This document shows, in pieces, positions 46,890-56,287 of a stretch of DNA of 64,000 bases. The notes beneath the pieces were generated by a model. It was not told where the DNA came from, ran no database searches, and worked only from the letters and a program-made list of their open reading frames with translations. The translations under genes and the position numbers were made by a program. The stretch is from a bacterium (GTDB lineage: Bacteria > Zhuqueibacterota > Zhuqueibacteria > Residuimicrobiales > Krinioviventaceae). The stretch spans positions 1,856,001 to 1,920,000 of the forward strand of contig CAXXMD010000002.1 in the NCBI GenBank assembly GCA_963675755.2. The letters run 5' to 3'. Every line of letters starts with the position of its first letter. The stretch's first letter is position 1.

Positions 46890-49274
46890 TTATTCATTAC
46901 GTAACGCATCTATTGGATTTCTCAAGGCGGCATTGATCGCCTGCGAACCGATTGTAAACCAGGTAATGAGCAAGGTAACAATTGCCGCATAAATAAAATA
47001 ATGTATATCCAGAGGTATGCGATAAGCAAAACTGTTCAGCCAGTGCCCGGCTAAAAAATAACTGATTGGTAATGAAAACAGCATGGATGTAATCACAATG
47101 CGGGTAAAATCACCGGCTAATAAATAAACAATACGAGTCGAGCTTGAACCCAGTACTTTGCGCACACTGATCTCTTTGCGTCTTTTTTCCGCAGTAAAAG
47201 AAGACAATCCAAACAATCCCAGGCAAGAGATCAGGACTGCCATACCGGCAAAATAACGTGACAATTGGGCAACACGCAGTTCCGACTCGTATAGCTTTTC
47301 ATAATCCTGATCGAGGAACCGATATTCAAATTCGAGTCCTGGAATAAATTCATTATATAAATACCGCATCTGCTCCAGGGTTTCACGTTCCCTACCGGCA
47401 GCAATTTTCACCCATATATTGTTTGCAAAATCTTTATTGGGATTGTTTTTTCTAAAAAAACATGGCATGACTTTATCATATAGTGATTCAAAATGAAAAT
47501 CCTTGACTACACCAACAATTTGCATTTTCTTTCCCCAAACATCAACAGTTTTACCTACAGGATTCTCGATACCCAGCAATTCAACACCGGTTTCGTTCAA
47601 AATGACCGCTGATTCCTCTGAACCGAATTCCTTTGAAAAAGATCTGCCCGATTTAAATGTCATACCCAGGGTCTCAAAAAAGTTGAAATTCACATCCATC
47701 ATTGCAAAACGGAACTCATTTTTTTCAGCATTATAAAGTATCCCGCCGGTTGTACTGCTATGGTGCCCCGTAACATCTCCGGACGAATTCGATGCGTTCA
47801 CAATACCGGGGATTTTTTTCAACTCGAATAAAAAAGTATCAAAATTTTTCTGCAGTTGAACATCCCGCTTAATACGAACGATATGGTCCCTGGCTAATCC
47901 CAGGTTTTTGTTTTGAATATAATCTATTTGCTTGTGCACAATAACAACGAATACAATTAATATAACAGAGATGATAAACTGAAAGACTACTAGCCCCTTA
48001 CGCGTCCATAATTCACCCATTGAACTCATGAGCCTGCCTTTTAATATGCTAACCGGATTGAATTGCGAGAGATACAATGCCGGATAACTTCCAGAGAAAA
48101 TACCGGTTAAAAAGGTAATTCCCAGTATGGATAAAATCTTACTCGAGTCCATAACAAAATCCAGATGCTTGCCGGTAATAGAATTAAATTCAGGCAGTAA
48201 AAGGATAACCAGTATTATCGCAATCAAAAGAGAACTGAACGCAATCAGCAGAGACTCGCCAATATACTGGATAATCAATGTGGTCCTGTTGGCACCGATT
48301 GTTTTTTTTACACCAATCTCTTTTAATCTGCCGGTAGCTTTTGCCGTTGAAAGATTCATAAAATTGATACAGGCAATCGCCAGAATGAATAAAGCAATGA
48401 TGGAGAACAACCTCACATAAGTAATCCTCCCTCCACTTTGTACACCTTTTTCATAATGATTGTAAAGGTATCGATCAGAGTAAGGCCTTATAAACAAAGT
48501 GTTTGAGGTATTTGGATTTTTGGTTTGAATAAAATCCTTTATCTTGGCATTAAATTCATAAATATTGGTATTTTCATGTAAAACCAGGTAGGTATGTGGA
48601 TTATGGTTCGTCCATCTTACCAAATTCTCACTCCATCTTTCCAGTAGCAGCTCATAACTACACAAGACATCAAACTGAACAGAAGAATTAGATGGCGGTT
48701 TTTCAAACACACCGGAAATCTTGTAATCAATAGGAAAACTGACACTCCACATGACCTTGTCCCATTTGACGGTTTTACCGACAGCATCGTCAACAGATCC
48801 GAAAAGTTTCACAGCCATTTCATCAGACAGCACGATTGAGTTTGGGTCAGACAATACCTGATCGGCATTGCCCCGTAACAGCGGATAAGAAAAAATATGA
48901 AAAAAGTCCTGACTCACAAAATTATCACTCGCCTGTATCTGATGATTATCCAGAGATAGAATACCCTTTCCTCCAAATGACATAACCGCTGCAGAATATT
49001 CAATTTCCGGAAATTCTTTTGCTAATGCCTCTGCTAACAAACCCGGGGTATTTTCAAGGGTTTGCATACCATCTGGTCGGTAAAAATTCTGCATGACCTG
49101 GTAAAGCTGTTTATCTTTTTCATGGAATTTATCTACACTCAGCTCATCATTTACCCAAAGATATATCATAATAGTACAGAAAAGTCCGGCTGAAAGACCA
49201 ATCAGATTTATAAAAAATGAACTCTTGTTGCGTTTTATATTCCTGACTATCATCAAAAGATTGTGTTTTAACAT
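46890..49274 (-). CDS. MacB/FtsX-family ABC transporter permease
   Basis: FINLIGLS; IACINFMNLSTA; KEIGVKK.IGA; LVVFQF; SCLGLFGL; NPIDALRNE. Confidence 0.9.
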   Translation of the reverse strand: MLKHNLLMIVRNIKRNKSSFFINLIGLSAGLFCTIMIYLWVNDELSVDKFHEKDKQLYQVMQNFYRPDGMQTLENTPGLLAEALAKEFPEIEYSAAVMSFGGKGILSLDNHQIQASDNFVSQDFFHIFSYPLLRGNADQVLSDPNSIVLSDEMAVKLFGSVDDAVGKTVKWDKVMWSVSFPIDYKISGVFEKPPSNSSVQFDVLCSYELLLERWSENLVRWTNHNPHTYLVLHENTNIYEFNAKIKDFIQTKNPNTSNTLFIRPYSDRYLYNHYEKGVQSGGRITYVRLFSIIALFILAIACINFMNLSTAKATGRLKEIGVKKTIGANRTTLIIQYIGESLLIAFSSLLIAIILVILLLPEFNSITGKHLDFVMDSSKILSILGITFLTGIFSGSYPALYLSQFNPVSILKGRLMSSMGELWTRKGLVVFQFIISVILIVFVVIVHKQIDYIQNKNLGLARDHIVRIKRDVQLQKNFDTFLFELKKIPGIVNASNSSGDVTGHHSSTTGGILYNAEKNEFRFAMMDVNFNFFETLGMTFKSGRSFSKEFGSEESAVILNETGVELLGIENPVGKTVDVWGKKMQIVGVVKDFHFESLYDKVMPCFFRKNNPNKDFANNIWVKIAAGRERETLEQMRYLYNEFIPGLEFEYRFLDQDYEKLYESELRVAQLSRYFAGMAVLISCLGLFGLSSFTAEKRRKEISVRKVLGSSSTRIVYLLAGDFTRIVITSMLFSLPISYFLAGHWLNSFAYRIPLDIHYFIYAAIVTLLITWFTIGSQAINAALRNPIDALRNE

Positions 49275-49712
49275 TTGGATTTACCTGTAGATTTAGAATT
49301 AATTATTAAAATAATAGACAATCCAGTTATCAAAAAGGTTGCAAAGATAACGGTTTTAGCTAGATATTTAAGAATCTGGTCTATAAAGGTTCTTAAATAT
49401 TTCAAACTAATTAATAGAACACAGATGACACAAATGAAACGAATTATCACAAATTTTTATAGATTTCAATTTTCTAGTCATGTCATTATATAAAGCATTT
49501 TTTAGCATCTATTACTATTATTCTCTATCCGTGAAAATCAGTGTTTTACGTTTTGTATGTGTTCTATTGTTTTTTTATTATTTGTTAATTACATAAACTC
49601 ACTCAATTCAATTTAGTTACATATAATTTGAATTCATATTACTTGCTGAAAAAACTATTTGCATTCCGCACAGATTAAAAGTATAATAATTATACTAAAA
49701 ACCGGAGTAGTT

Positions 49713-51440
49713 ATGAGATTCTTGTTCTGTTTACTGTTGATTGGTAGTGCCTTTGCCAAAGAATTCACCGAAATCCTGGACCGTGGTCTGGTAGTCATGC
49801 CCATGGAAAACAATCACGCATACATTGGCTGGCGGCTTTTAAAATCAGACCCGCCCGATATTGCGTTTAATGTATATCGAGATAACAACAATAATCCTGT
49901 CAAGCTCAACGACTCTCCCATCACCACATCTACAAACCTGATCGATTCTACCGTATCGCTTCAACAATCCAATACATGGTGGATCACTCCTGTTTTAGAA
50001 GGTAAAGAACAGCTCCCCTCACGTAAAACCACCGTACCGGCAAATCCGGAAATCCAATCGTGCATCAAGATCAAACTGGATGGCGATTATGGCGCGAACA
50101 AGATAGGAATAGCTGATCTTGATGGTGACGGCGTTTATGATTATATCATCAAACAACCGAGAGGTTCTCTTGATCCAGGCAGGCAGCGTCACAGTCCCGA
50201 TACTTATAAAATTGAAGCCTATAACGGACGTACCCACGAGCTCATGTGGCGGCATGACCTGGGCTGGAACATGAATATGGGTATCTGGTTCACACCGGCT
50301 ATTGTTTTCGATCTGGACAATGACGGCAAGGCCGAGGTAGCATTCAAATCCGCACCCTATGCCGCAACCAAAGAAGAAGCACTCATCAGTGAAGGTGGCT
50401 TTGTGCTGGAAGGTCCGGAATACTGCACAGTTCTGGATGGCGTGACCGGTAAAGAGACAGCACGGGTAGACTGGATTGCCCGAGGAGACCAAATGGACTG
50501 GGGCGACAACAAAGGGAATCGCGTCAATCGTAATCAGATTGGTGTGGCTTATCTGGACGGTGAACGTCCCGCGCTATTGGTATTGCGTGGAACTTATACC
50601 AAAATGCTGATCGATGCCTACCATTATATTGACAAAAAGCTGGTCAAGGTGTGGAGCTGGACGGGTGAGGATGAAAATCCACCATTACGGGGACAAGGCG
50701 GCCATACCCTGCATGTATATGATCTGGATGATGATGGTAGAGACGAGATCATTATTGGATCTGCGGTGATTGATGACAATGGAAAATGTCTATGGCGAAT
50801 GGACATGGGCCATCCGGATTGGAGTTACCTTGCTGATATAGATCCGGATCATGAGGGATTGGAACTGGCGTTTGGCTTTGAAGACGCCCAGCCGCGTAAC
50901 GGCATCTGCCTGGCTGATCCTCAAGACGGCAGCATTTTGTGGGGATGCGATTTTCCCACCACGCATATTCACGATTGGGGTATGGTTGCAGATATCGATC
51001 CCGCCCACCCCGGTATGGAAATTTACGGAATGGAACGTGACGGCAAAACCTGCTGGCTTTTTAATGCTCAAGGAGAATTGCTTGCCAGTAATGAAGATTT
51101 GGGACGCCACGGTCCCCGATCTTTTTACTGGCTGGATGGCACCACCAAGGTGCGCATACCGTTCAGTTACCGACCGGGCACGTTTCCTATTTTGAAATAT
51201 AAAGATGAAAAGATCGGCGAGATTGAAGGACAGCCCATTGCCATTACTGACTGTCTGGGCGACTGGCGCGAAGAGGTCATTTGCGTATCTGACGGATACA
51301 TCCGTATATATACCACAACCGTACCTGCAACAAGCAGACATGCTTGTCTAATGCAGGATCCCCTCTACCGTATGGATGTTGCAGTACAAATGATGGGATA
51401 TTTTTATCCCCCGCAGTTGAGTACCTTGATAAAACCCTGA
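49713..51440 (+). CDS. Rhamnogalacturonan lyase family (PL11, YesW/YesX-like) protein
   Basis: LDRGLV; IGWRLL.SDP..FNVYR; DLDGDG; AYLDG; RGTY; GQG.H; GDWREEVI; LMQDP.YR..VA.Q..GY..PP. Confidence 0.8.
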   Translation: MRFLFCLLLIGSAFAKEFTEILDRGLVVMPMENNHAYIGWRLLKSDPPDIAFNVYRDNNNNPVKLNDSPITTSTNLIDSTVSLQQSNTWWITPVLEGKEQLPSRKTTVPANPEIQSCIKIKLDGDYGANKIGIADLDGDGVYDYIIKQPRGSLDPGRQRHSPDTYKIEAYNGRTHELMWRHDLGWNMNMGIWFTPAIVFDLDNDGKAEVAFKSAPYAATKEEALISEGGFVLEGPEYCTVLDGVTGKETARVDWIARGDQMDWGDNKGNRVNRNQIGVAYLDGERPALLVLRGTYTKMLIDAYHYIDKKLVKVWSWTGEDENPPLRGQGGHTLHVYDLDDDGRDEIIIGSAVIDDNGKCLWRMDMGHPDWSYLADIDPDHEGLELAFGFEDAQPRNGICLADPQDGSILWGCDFPTTHIHDWGMVADIDPAHPGMEIYGMERDGKTCWLFNAQGELLASNEDLGRHGPRSFYWLDGTTKVRIPFSYRPGTFPILKYKDEKIGEIEGQPIAITDCLGDWREEVICVSDGYIRIYTTTVPATSRHACLMQDPLYRMDVAVQMMGYFYPPQLSTLIKP

Positions 51441-51582
51441 TTGACCTTGATTCACCATGATTTAAGGATTAACCCAGATTAAAGGATTACAGGATTAGCT
51501 TGATTTTTCTAAAAAAGTCCTCTTTTTAAAGGATAACCTTAAATATTTTAATAATCGCATTCACAAATAATATCAATATCAG

Positions 51583-51611
51583 GTAGGGACCGGTCTGAGA
51601 CCGGTCCCTAC
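51583..51611. repeat. GTAG-tipped REP-like perfect palindrome
   Basis: GTAGGGACCGGTC-TGA-GACCGGTCCCTAC. Confidence 0.75.
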
Positions 51612-51673
51612 TTGAAAACATTTACAATTTCTTTTTCCATAACTCTGGTGTTACAATACTATAATATCCCTTA

Positions 51674-51720
51674 TGGAGTACAGTCCGTTTATGGACTGTG
51701 TGCGGATCAAAGATCCGCAT
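51674..51720 (+). repeat. REP-like repeat, family D copy
   Basis: TGGAGT-ACAGTCC-GTTTAT-GGACTGT then TGCGGATC-AAA-GATCCGCA. Confidence 0.65.
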
Positions 51721-51831
51721 AAATTGTTAACTTTTGAACAACATCTACTGATTGCAATACAGATTCCTTTATCCCGGAATGTTTAATCGGCTTTTCAATC
51801 AAGGTAATCCGAATAATCCTTGAATTAGGGT

Positions 51832-52668
51832 TTATTTAACAAACCGCAGCACAAACGCCCAATAAAATATTTTTAAATACCGGAAGCGTTTTACCAGCTT
51901 GGTATCAAAAGCATCCAGTTTCTCATCATATTTTTTCAGGAACGGAAACCTTGTAAACTTTTTTAAAAAACTGAAATACTCGATGTGGATTTCGGAAAAC
52001 AACCTGCCAAAATAATGTACATCTTTTTCATTCAACTGTGATCCGCCGGGTGATTCAAAACACTTTGTTGGGATCAAGCTTCTCACAAAAATCAAAAATT
52101 TAAATGGAATACGCGGTTCAATAAACAGCGCTTCTCCCCCGGGCTTGAGCAGACGGTGGAACTCTTTGCCCACCAGATCAAGATTAAGATGGTGCAGCGC
52201 TCCAAATCCCACAATATAATCAAAAGACTCGTCCGGGAAATCCGTCTCCTGAGCGGACATAACCCGGATATCAGTTAAATCCGTGACATGATTAAATTCA
52301 GCATTACGACGGGCCAACTCTATCATTTTGTCAGATATATCAATACCAGTTACATGTGCACCAAATTTTGCCAGTTTAACTGTAGTAAAGCCATAACCAC
52401 ATCCCACATCCAGAATGCGTTTACCTTTTACATTACTCAAATAATTGTAAAAATACTGGTGCGTTTGTGGAAATTTCTCATCCGGATCGTAACGAAACAA
52501 TTCTTCATCAAAATCCTCAAGATACGACAACGCTTCCTCGTTGTAGAATTTGCGTTCAAGCGTATCCTTTTTGTCTACATTCTCAATTCGTTTTAAAGGA
52601 TTATTAAAGGTCCGTAATATCTTTTTTGAATTTAGGATATATTCTTGAAATCGATTTACCGTTCCCAT
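51832..52668 (-). CDS. Class I SAM-dependent methyltransferase
   Basis: ILDVGCGYG, GIDIS, FPDESFD, LHH, RLLKPGG. Confidence 0.9.
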   Translation of the reverse strand: MGTVNRFQEYILNSKKILRTFNNPLKRIENVDKKDTLERKFYNEEALSYLEDFDEELFRYDPDEKFPQTHQYFYNYLSNVKGKRILDVGCGYGFTTVKLAKFGAHVTGIDISDKMIELARRNAEFNHVTDLTDIRVMSAQETDFPDESFDYIVGFGALHHLNLDLVGKEFHRLLKPGGEALFIEPRIPFKFLIFVRSLIPTKCFESPGGSQLNEKDVHYFGRLFSEIHIEYFSFLKKFTRFPFLKKYDEKLDAFDTKLVKRFRYLKIFYWAFVLRFVK

Positions 52669-52795
52669 CGGTCTCCCCTCTATTTTGTACAAAATAAAAT
52701 ATTAAAAATTTTAGATAAACAAAAACATTTTAACTATTTTTTATATATTAATTGGTAGTTAGAGTCTGATCCTGATAAATAATTACTCATTACAC

Positions 52796-53017
52796 CCGGC
52801 CATTCGATACGCTCGTCCCTATTGGCGCACTCGCACACTGGGACCGGTGGGGTACTCCATTATAGCAATACAAATTACGGCATCACAGAGAATTCATTTA
52901 AAGCATTCGTCCCACCAATTAGCACTCTTCTCAAACAGACAAAATTGACGGAGTAAAATAAGGCCGGTTGCTGAGTGTTTGTTCGCCAGCTGGCGAACAA
53001 ATGTATCGAAGCACCGG
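52796..53017. repeat. Second inverted dimer of family B repeats (no nuclease gene)
   Basis: 52796-52847 (degenerate) and 52964-53017 CCGGTTGCTGAGT-[hairpin]-GTATCGAAGCACCGG. Confidence 0.75.
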
Positions 53018-53078
53018 CCCATTTCAATTCTCTCCCAAATTGATCATCTGGAAAGTGACAAAGACAGGCCAGACCATT

Positions 53079-53107
53079 CTGACGACTGATAACTGACTAC
53101 TGATAAC
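53079..53107. repeat. Degenerate heptamer repeat related to 5778-5845 (reverse orientation)
   Basis: CTGACGA-CTGATAA-CTGACTA-CTGATAA. Confidence 0.55.
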
Positions 53108-53229
53108 AGAATACTTTTGTTTTCCGTTTCACATCTGTCTTCTGTCATCTGCCTTTTCGCACCTCCCAATTAAAATTATTGATATAAAAAAAATTTTTAC
53201 TAAATTATCTCAATCACAGGAGGAAAATA

Positions 53230-54429
53230 ATGGCTCTACTTTTCAAGCAGTACAGACTCTATTTCATTATTACATTCATGTTAACTTTATCATGTTTTTC
53301 CCAACAGGAACTTTCTGTTAACGATTTTAAATTCGACGGTGAATTGGGTTCCCAAGGGGCAAAAATATCCAAACTCGGAAAAAACTATTTCAAAATCAAT
53401 CTGGGGCATGCACCATATCACGATAACTGGAGCAATATGCTGCAATTCCAGATCACAGGTAACGCAAAAGGTAATACGTTACGACTGGATGTGGAATTTG
53501 ATCATCCGGAAGCCCATTACGTGTTTAACTCGTATGCCCACTCCTGGTCTTACGATCAGGAAAACTGGCAGCCCATTCAATGGAAGCAATACCGTCCCAC
53601 CCAAAACATGGATGTGTTGGTATTTCCCACATTCACAGAAGACACTGTCTGGTTTGGTCATCAGGTACCCATCTCGTTTGAACAGATTGAAACCATGATC
53701 AAACAATGGGAGAAAAACCCCCTTGTCACCGTACATACCCTGGGTAAATCCCTTGGAGGTAAAAACCTGTACCGGGTTACGGTAACCAATCCAAACGCCA
53801 ACGGTAAAAAATGGGTGCATTATTTCAGTAATCAACATCCGGGTGAGCACAACTCGCAATGGCGCATGATTGCCATGATGGAATGGTTATTGAGCGATGA
53901 GGGAAATCCCTATCTTGATAAAAGCATCAATCATTTTGTATTCATGATGAGTCCGGATGCCCCGGCGAATGGATGGTATCGTGTAAATGCTGAAGGTGTG
54001 GATATGAACCGCTCTTATCGGCTTGAAGGTTCAAACAAGGACGAACAAGCACACGAGGCTTTTATCTTTCAAAAAGATTTAGAAGAGTTGATGCAATCTC
54101 CCAATCCCGTTACCGATATCTGGGCCATGCATACCTGGCAGGGTGTTGTGGAATCAATCATTATTCACGGTCCGGAAATGGGCACTAAACTAGGTCCATG
54201 GACAGATTTAAGAGATATCATAATAAAAAACGATACGGATCTATTAGCAGAACCGTTACGCAAACAGGATTATAATAAAGAAGGTGCATCCCATTGGAAC
54301 CACGGTCCGTATGGACAGTTTGGCATTACCTCTATCCTTTGTGAAGGTGGCGGCAGCTTTTATACTAAAGCAGAGAATAAAAAATCTGGGGAATTACTGA
54401 TCAAAAGCATTGCAGAATACTATAAATAA
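53230..54429 (+). CDS. M14 family zinc carboxypeptidase-like secreted protein
   Basis: LGKSLGG; QHPGE zinc motif; GVDMNR; AMH; CEG. Confidence 0.8.
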   Translation: MALLFKQYRLYFIITFMLTLSCFSQQELSVNDFKFDGELGSQGAKISKLGKNYFKINLGHAPYHDNWSNMLQFQITGNAKGNTLRLDVEFDHPEAHYVFNSYAHSWSYDQENWQPIQWKQYRPTQNMDVLVFPTFTEDTVWFGHQVPISFEQIETMIKQWEKNPLVTVHTLGKSLGGKNLYRVTVTNPNANGKKWVHYFSNQHPGEHNSQWRMIAMMEWLLSDEGNPYLDKSINHFVFMMSPDAPANGWYRVNAEGVDMNRSYRLEGSNKDEQAHEAFIFQKDLEELMQSPNPVTDIWAMHTWQGVVESIIIHGPEMGTKLGPWTDLRDIIIKNDTDLLAEPLRKQDYNKEGASHWNHGPYGQFGITSILCEGGGSFYTKAENKKSGELLIKSIAEYYK

Positions 54430-54443
54430 AAATTATCCTTAAT

Positions 54444-54488
54444 AAAAAAAAGCCCGTCATTCCACCAACTGGTGGACGGACGGGCTTG
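54444..54488. terminator. Terminator hairpin between convergent genes
   Basis: A-run plus GCCCGTC...GACGGGC enclosing TCCACCA-AC-TGGTGGA. Confidence 0.65.
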
Positions 54489-54512
54489 CATGCAAACAGA
54501 TAATCAAACTTT

Positions 54513-56174
54513 TTATTTCATCAGGATCATTTTCTTGGTCTGGCTGAAATCACCAGCTTTGATAGAATAGAAATAAACACCTGAAGAAAGATCACTTGCA
54601 TTTACAGTAACAGCATATCTGCCACTTACCTGATTACTATTAACCAGAGTTTTAACTTTTTGACCCAAAGTATTGTAAAGCTCAATTGAAACCATGCCAG
54701 CTTTAGCAACACTATATTCAATAGTAGTAGTGGGGTTGAATGGGTTCGGATAGTTCTGGTTCAGGCTGTAAGCAGATGGAGTAGCTGCATTGTCATCACC
54801 AATTGCTGTGGTAGCAGGTGTCAACATTGGAGTTGGAGAACCGGGAACATACAAACCGGTTGCATTATCAATAGAATCTCTCAATGCAGCAACAATCTGG
54901 TCTTTATTTGCAATATAAGTAGCTTTTGCTTCAGGCCACCAGTTCAAGTCACCAAGTGGTAAACCATCAGTACCAGCAGTCTGCAAATAAGTGTTAGTAT
55001 AGCTTAAATCAAGTGCGGGCGGCCAATCAATAACAGGTAAACCGGTACCTTCATCCCAGGTAATACCAGTTGGTACTCGCCAATCTGGCCAATCAACACC
55101 GCGTGTATCTTCATACCAGTATTCTGACAAGAACTGTAACATTTTTTCCTGATTGTCCGGACCATCTACAAAACCAGGTACAAAATCAGCATAGTTGGTA
55201 CCAATTGTATAATCATCATCGAGTGTTACAAAAGAATCAACATCTGCATGTTCCCACAACAAACCTGGAACAATTGTATCTCCCTGAGCTGCATACCAGT
55301 CCAAAACCTCGGGTTCTCGGAAGAACAGGTTTTGTCCAAGATACAATGAGATTGAATCCAGTTTGGTTTTTGCGTCTGAAAAATAATTCCAGGTGGTAAA
55401 ATAGGAATCATAAACATTATTTGTGATATGATGTCCACACAAATCATAATTGTAGAATATATTGTTTGCTTGAATCATTTCATAGGCACGTTGTTCATGA
55501 CCGGCTTTGGTGAAATTCAAGTATGTATTATGAAGTTCATGTACTGTAGCGTTAAACCAGGGGCCGCTGTTACCCAGCAATCTACCAGAGTTAACAACAG
55601 TATTATTTTCAACCAGTACACTTTCACCAGCTACGTCCATACGCATTGGGAAACCACCCCACGGAGAGTAGCTCAATCTTACACCGTTCAGGAAAACACA
55701 GTTGGTAATGCTGATATCAAGGCCAGTACCCTGATTTCTGTAAGCAAAGTCTGTCCAATCAACAAATGCAACATTGTCAGCAGTATAACCGTTACCAGCA
55801 ACGTTTGCAATAAAAGTCCCAACAACTGCTCCATTGCTATGAAGACCGCTCATAACAAGATTTTTGATGGTTACACTACCACCAGCACCAATTTCCATAA
55901 ATTGTCTGGCTGTACCATCTTCAGCAGGAGTATTAACCAATACAGGTGGATTTTCAGTAGTAAAAATCCAGTCAACATCTGGACCTTGAATAGTAATGTC
56001 CCATACAACATCCAACCGTCCGTCAAAAGCATAAGCATTACCCGCTTCAACCAAATAAACACCAGGACCAGTTATCTGATCATTTACGAACAGACCTGGA
56101 TCCAAAGTGGTTTGAGCCATCAAAGATGTTCCCAACAAGAACATAACAACGAATAGTAACGATACTTTTCTCAT
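54513..56174 (-). CDS. Secreted beta-helix-like protein with T9SS CTD, linked to TonB receptor
   Basis: Signal peptide; NNT/HNT/NNIF repeats; DGLPLGDLNWWP; QNYPNPFNP. Confidence 0.8.
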   Translation of the reverse strand: MRKVSLLFVVMFLLGTSLMAQTTLDPGLFVNDQITGPGVYLVEAGNAYAFDGRLDVVWDITIQGPDVDWIFTTENPPVLVNTPAEDGTARQFMEIGAGGSVTIKNLVMSGLHSNGAVVGTFIANVAGNGYTADNVAFVDWTDFAYRNQGTGLDISITNCVFLNGVRLSYSPWGGFPMRMDVAGESVLVENNTVVNSGRLLGNSGPWFNATVHELHNTYLNFTKAGHEQRAYEMIQANNIFYNYDLCGHHITNNVYDSYFTTWNYFSDAKTKLDSISLYLGQNLFFREPEVLDWYAAQGDTIVPGLLWEHADVDSFVTLDDDYTIGTNYADFVPGFVDGPDNQEKMLQFLSEYWYEDTRGVDWPDWRVPTGITWDEGTGLPVIDWPPALDLSYTNTYLQTAGTDGLPLGDLNWWPEAKATYIANKDQIVAALRDSIDNATGLYVPGSPTPMLTPATTAIGDDNAATPSAYSLNQNYPNPFNPTTTIEYSVAKAGMVSIELYNTLGQKVKTLVNSNQVSGRYAVTVNASDLSSGVYFYSIKAGDFSQTKKMILMK

Positions 56175-56287
56175 AAAAATCTCCTTTTCCCATTAAAAAG
56201 ACCAAGGTTACTTGTGAATTTTTAAATCAATTAAAAAAATTGTTACACACCTCCTTATTGATTTTTTTGTTATAATTTTACAGTTGA

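Noticed and set aside
46890-49274. ABC permease without an adjacent ATPase as an anomaly
   Set aside because: Orphan MacB/FtsX permease paralogues are common in FCB-group genomes.
55428-56156. 242-aa plus-strand ORF and similar long antisense ORFs (32389-32946, 50790-51341)
   Set aside because: Shadow ORFs opposite well-supported genes, with no motifs of their own.
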